A stretch of DNA of 57,741 nt from a virus (lineage: Duplodnaviria > Caudoviricetes): IMG/VR virus record IMGVR_UViG_3300042983_000003, positions 1 through 57,741 of that record, one strand, 5' to 3'. This document shows, one piece after another, positions 54,486 through 57,741 of the stretch; position 1 is the stretch's first letter, and every line of letters begins with the position of its first letter. The position numbers were made by a program, and so were the translations under genes. The notes beneath the pieces are model-generated. The model had not been told where the DNA came from and did no database searches. It worked only from the letters and a program-made list of their open reading frames with translations.

Positions 54486-54553
54486 TTGACAAGATGCCAT
54501 CGACCGTGTGCGAACGCAAGGGCCAGCGCGATCCCCGGCCTACGTCATGGCGA

Positions 54554-54901
54554 TCAGCGGGTGCCGGGCCGAGCGGGTGACGCGGTGAGCGTGGTGGGGC
54601 CCTTGATGTCGAGGAATGGCTCGAGCTTCTTGTACGTCTTGTAGCCGAACCCCTTCACGCGCCGTAGATCGCTGGTGCGTTTGAACCCACCGTGCTGCTT
54701 GCGCCAGCTGATGATCCGCTCGACCTCCACCGGCCCCACGCCAGGCAACAGCATCAGCTGATCCATGGTCGCGTCGTTGAGGTTCAGTTTCCCCGTGACC
54801 TCAATGGGCGGCATCGGGGCCCGCGGGCAGACGGCGGAGTGGCTGCAAGCGGTCACCAGCAGGATGCTCGCGAACGCCGCGAGTTGTTGGAACAGCGTCA
54901 C
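54554..54901 (-). CDS. comEA: ComEA-like helix-hairpin-helix DNA-binding lipoprotein
   Basis: LNLNDAT...LPGVGP...GGFK...DLRRVKGFG; VTAC lipobox. Confidence 0.85.
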   Translation of the reverse strand: MTLFQQLAAFASILLVTACSHSAVCPRAPMPPIEVTGKLNLNDATMDQLMLLPGVGPVEVERIISWRKQHGGFKRTSDLRRVKGFGYKTYKKLEPFLDIKGPTTLTASPARPGTR

Positions 54902-55209
54902 GCGCTCACCGCTCGGTGCATGGCGAGGCCAGCGGCAATCTGGCTGCCCGCGGTCACCGCCGCTCGCGCTGCCTCCCTCGCGGCGCCCAGTAGGTGCGCG
55001 AGGCGCTCGGACCGGCGCCCGTCGCTCTCCTCATCGTCGCCCCAGGGTTCTTGCTCCAGCAGATCCTCCGACGCGCCGACGAGCGCGTCGGTCCGCCCGA
55101 TGATCTCGCGTAGGATGTCGAGCGCGCCAGCGACGTCGAACGTCGGGGCGCCGGCGATCGGGGTGCCGTTGTCAGAGGTGGGCTGCTTCGCGGTCCGCTT
55201 GCGGCTCAC
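54898..55209 (-). CDS. Hypothetical protein
   Basis: GAGG RBS; coupled. Confidence 0.65.
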   Translation of the reverse strand: MSRKRTAKQPTSDNGTPIAGAPTFDVAGALDILREIIGRTDALVGASEDLLEQEPWGDDEESDGRRSERLAHLLGAAREAARAAVTAGSQIAAGLAMHRAVSA

Positions 55210-55502
55210 GGAGCACCTCGCTTCGCATCGGCCGCGATCGCCGCGCGGACCGCGGTGACCGCGTCCTTGACCGGGCCGAGCTGGAGCACGGCGTAGAATC
55301 GGCGCTTGGTGCCCGTCGTGGAGTGGCTCCACGCGTAGCAGCGCTGTGCCTTGGGGTGGCCGGTCAGGTCGAAGACCTGGACCTCGCCATCCCACACGAC
55401 CTGGCCGTTGAACGTCTCGTGCACCGGCGTCGACTCGACCCACGTCGAGGCGCAGCCATGCATGTTGCGGATCGCTTCCTTGAGAGCTTCGAGGTCTTCC
55501 AT
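55206..55502 (-). CDS. Hypothetical protein, probably leaderless
   Basis: VHETFNGQVVWDGEVQVFDL.GHP; TAGCTT 7 nt before ATG. Confidence 0.8.
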   Translation of the reverse strand: MEDLEALKEAIRNMHGCASTWVESTPVHETFNGQVVWDGEVQVFDLTGHPKAQRCYAWSHSTTGTKRRFYAVLQLGPVKDAVTAVRAAIAADAKRGAP

Positions 55503-55591
55503 GCGGTCGAAGCTATGGTAACCCGTCCGAAAAAAGCCCGCCGGGCCAAACTAGGACACCACCGACGACCGCGCAACGACCGGACAACTCT

Positions 55592-55667
55592 CATGACGCG
55601 CCGCCCGGACTTGTCCGGAGTGTTGTACGATCTTCACACCCCCGGATTCTCAGCGCCACACTCCGGA
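55592..55667. promoter_or_regulatory. Repeated cis-element, copy 2
   Basis: CATGACGCG-N13-TCCGGAGTG-N12-CACACCCCCGGAT-N11-CACTCCGGA. Confidence 0.7.
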
Positions 55668-55695
55668 AGATCCCTGTCGCACCCAGGAATCGCAT

Positions 55696-55755
55696 ATGGT
55701 CACGCATGGTCACGTCGGATTTCACTTGACCGTAAGGGCCATTACGGAATGATCT
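55696..55755 (+). promoter_or_regulatory. Promoter with upstream direct repeat and internal palindrome
   Basis: ATGGTCACG x2 (10-bp period); TTGACC at 55726; CCGTAA-N6-TTACGG. Confidence 0.55.
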
Positions 55756-55804
55756 GAGTCCGCGTTCGGGTCCGCTCTGGGCTCTCGCTCCCCCGCTCCT
55801 CCGA

Positions 55805-56113
55805 ATGGCCAGCCACGCGCGGCGCCGCGACCACCGAAGACGCGATCACCGAAGACGCGATCACCCGGTGACCACGCTCGACGACGACGAGCAGGACGAG
55901 CTCGCGCTCAAGCTGCGGTTCGGTGTCGGGCTCGAGCTACTCGTGGGCGCGCGCGCTGCGGCCGCGATCCGAGCAGGTCTGCCCGCGCGCCCGCCTGCTC
56001 GCCAGATCGAGCAGCCCGAGCTCGGCCCAGCGCGCCCCGACCACGAGATCTGCGCTCGCGCCGCGGCCCTCGGCGTCACGGCGGGGCGTCGCGGCCAGTG
56101 GATCCGGCGCTGA
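55805..56113 (+). CDS. Hypothetical protein with RRRDH x3 repeat
   Basis: Downstream of promoter; 15-bp repeat; start may be the GTG after the repeats. Confidence 0.55.
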   Translation: MASHARRRDHRRRDHRRRDHPVTTLDDDEQDELALKLRFGVGLELLVGARAAAAIRAGLPARPPARQIEQPELGPARPDHEICARAAALGVTAGRRGQWIRR

Positions 56114-56232
56114 CGATCTACCCGGGGCCGGTTCGATCACCGCCCCCTCCCCGTCACCGCGCCCCAACGGGCGAGAGATCGGCTCGGCATCTTCGGGGAG
56201 GTCGTCGGCGCAGATCGCGCAGAAGTGCGACG

Positions 56233-56559
56233 TCACGATCCCTCGTTGGTGTCGTCTCGGACGACCACGCCGAGCTCGAGGTCGCCGGGCTCGAGATCCT
56301 CGGTGGACACGATCGGCGTCGTCGTCCACTCGATGCTTGCTTCGTTGGCCATCTCCTTGTCGAGGAGTCGGTCCTGGAACCTGCTCGGCGGCGCGCCGAT
56401 GCTGGTCGGCACCGGAAAGCCGTAGCACTCGCCGCCCGGGTTTGCACCGACCCGATGCGCTCGCTCGAGCGCGGCCCGGAGCGTCCGGCCCTCGGTGATC
56501 ACGACGCCCAGAAATCCTGTGGGCTGCGAGAACGAGAGCCACCACCACGCGCGGCTCAT
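56233..56559 (-). CDS. Hypothetical protein
   Basis: WWLSF...FLGVVI...NPGGE. Confidence 0.75.
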   Translation of the reverse strand: MSRAWWWLSFSQPTGFLGVVITEGRTLRAALERAHRVGANPGGECYGFPVPTSIGAPPSRFQDRLLDKEMANEASIEWTTTPIVSTEDLEPGDLELGVVVRDDTNEGS

Positions 56560-57260
56560 GGCGCGATCGCCCGCGCAAGCGAGCCGCGCGCCGCGTCTCG
56601 AGCGACGACCAGCGGGTACGGCGGCTCGTGCCCCGCGCTCTCGTGCGCTGCGATCGCGCGCTCGGCCGCGAGCAGGCGATCAGCGAGGTCGGCGAGCGCG
56701 AAGAGGGCCTCGCGATCGAGGGTGGCGTCCGGACGCTCTCGCGCGAGCGAGCCCCGGACGGTTGCCTCGAGCCGCCGCGCTGGCACCGGCGCGGTCACGT
56801 CGACGACCACGGTCTCGTCGTCCTCGTGCTCCGCGAGCTGGCGCTCAAGATCGCGGCTGACCTGCGCGTACGAGCGACCGGTGATCGCGCGGCACGCCGA
56901 GTCGAATGCCGCCGGGATCGACAGGCGCGCCGCGGTGGCGCGGGCGAGCTCGAGCAGGGCCTCGGCGTCGGCCGCGCGGTGGGCGGCCTCGGTCGCGTCG
57001 CGGTTGGCATCCTGCGCGGTCGCCGTCATCAGCCGGAGCCTCGTCTCGAGGTCGGCGCCGCGCGCGCGCTCGTACTCGAGCTCGGTGAGGACGTCGGCGA
57101 CGCTCCTGCGGTCGGCCGCGGGGTCGGTGGCCGCTGGCTCCGCGCGAGGCGATCCGAACATCTCGCCGTCCGCGTAGTACGCGACCGTCATGGTGCGCGG
57201 GTCGTCGATCTCGGTTTCCTCGTGCAGCTGGGGCACGGCGCCGGTGGTGGTCGGGGTCAC
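56556..57260 (-). CDS. Coiled-coil hypothetical protein
   Basis: Coupled overlaps. Confidence 0.7.
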   Translation of the reverse strand: MTPTTTGAVPQLHEETEIDDPRTMTVAYYADGEMFGSPRAEPAATDPAADRRSVADVLTELEYERARGADLETRLRLMTATAQDANRDATEAAHRAADAEALLELARATAARLSIPAAFDSACRAITGRSYAQVSRDLERQLAEHEDDETVVVDVTAPVPARRLEATVRGSLARERPDATLDREALFALADLADRLLAAERAIAAHESAGHEPPYPLVVARDAARGSLARAIAP

Positions 57261-57312
57261 TTCGCACCTGCCTTGAGGGCGTGGATTCTCGCCTCTTGCC
57301 TGCGCGGGGCGC

Positions 57313-57741
57313 TCACGACTGCCACCCGTCAGCGTCGGGCCCGAGCGCGCCGAGCGCGCGATCGATCGCCTTGCGCTGTTCGGCGGCCCAGGCGGCGTCC
57401 CTGGCGGCGTCCCAGGCGGCGGCCCTGGCCCTGGCGGCGGCCCTGGCGGCGGCCCTGGCGGCGTCCCAGGCGGCGTCCCAGGCGGCGGCCCTGGCCCAGG
57501 CGGCGTCCCAGGCGGCGGCCCTGGCCCAGGCGGCGTCCCAGGCGGCGGCCCTGGCCCAGGCGGCGGCCCAGGCGGCGTCCCAGGCGGCGTCCCAGGCGGC
57601 GGCCCTGGCCCTGGCGGCGGCCCTGGCGGCGGCCCTGGCGGCGTCCCAGGCGGCGTCCCAGGCGGCGGCCCTGTCCCAGGCGGCGTCCCAGGCGGCGGCC
57701 CTGGCCCAGGCGGCGTCCCAGGCGGCGGCCCTGGCCCAGGC
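57313..57741 (-). CDS. 3' part of Ala/Trp-repeat protein
   Basis: ...AAWAAEQRKAIDRALGALGPDADGWQS* with TGA at 57313-57315. Confidence 0.85.
   Translation of the reverse strand, partial: AWARAAAWDAAWARAAAWDAAWDRAAAWDAAWDAARAAARAAARARAAAWDAAWDAAWAAAWARAAAWDAAWARAAAWDAAWARAAAWDAAWDAARAAARAAARARAAAWDAARDAAWAAEQRKAIDRALGALGPDADGWQS
57381..57741. repeat. Coding tandem repeat, right end
   Basis: Same units as 1-198. Confidence 0.95.

Larger units (their letters stand above)
1..57741. mobile_element. Circular tailed phage genome, podovirus-like, probable Myxococcota host
   Basis: Complete head, tail and lysis modules; 57675-57741 identical to 1-67; one gene spans the junction; dense GTGA/ATGA-coupled small ORFs. 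Confidence 0.93.

Noticed and set aside
55937-56236. Minus-strand ORF MTSHFCAICADD...
   Set aside because: Plausible start, but it runs into the convergent plus-strand gene with shadow-like sequence; probably a truncated remnant with unsupported boundaries
1-57741. Hundreds of long Arg/Pro/Ala-rich ORFs in the track (e.g. 3155-4486, 26503-28164, 33932-36037)
   Set aside because: Shadow or antisense frames of real genes in high-GC DNA; no RBS, coupling or motifs

Overview
Near-complete, apparently circular (~57.67 kb; last 67 bp = first 67 bp) GC-rich tailed-phage genome with a podovirus-type virion module: terminase, portal, scaffold, major capsid, adaptor, nozzle, three ejection-type proteins, fibre/spike and GH25 endolysin. 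Host-type genes (Cys-rich sigma-region-4 protein, a small FxGVKVFS...QSSDxEFHCLTITLFY protein, ComEA, ZAS anti-sigma, GroES) and sigma-54-like promoters point, by inference, to a myxobacterial host. No integrase, DNA polymerase or helicase was recognised. It also encodes C5 and N6 DNA methyltransferases, a radical SAM protein, an RLIG1/DUF5565-like ligase, a RecE-like nuclease and two tRNAs. The top observation is two orphan RiPP (class I lanthipeptide-like) precursor genes with LxLx(K/R)x5L leaders, double-Gly sites and Cys/Thr-rich cores, and no maturation enzymes on the phage. In one of them the core is held out of frame by a G10 tract at the cleavage site. A conserved ~77-bp cis-element also occurs in two divergent promoter regions. 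All family assignments are by eye from motifs; no searches were run.
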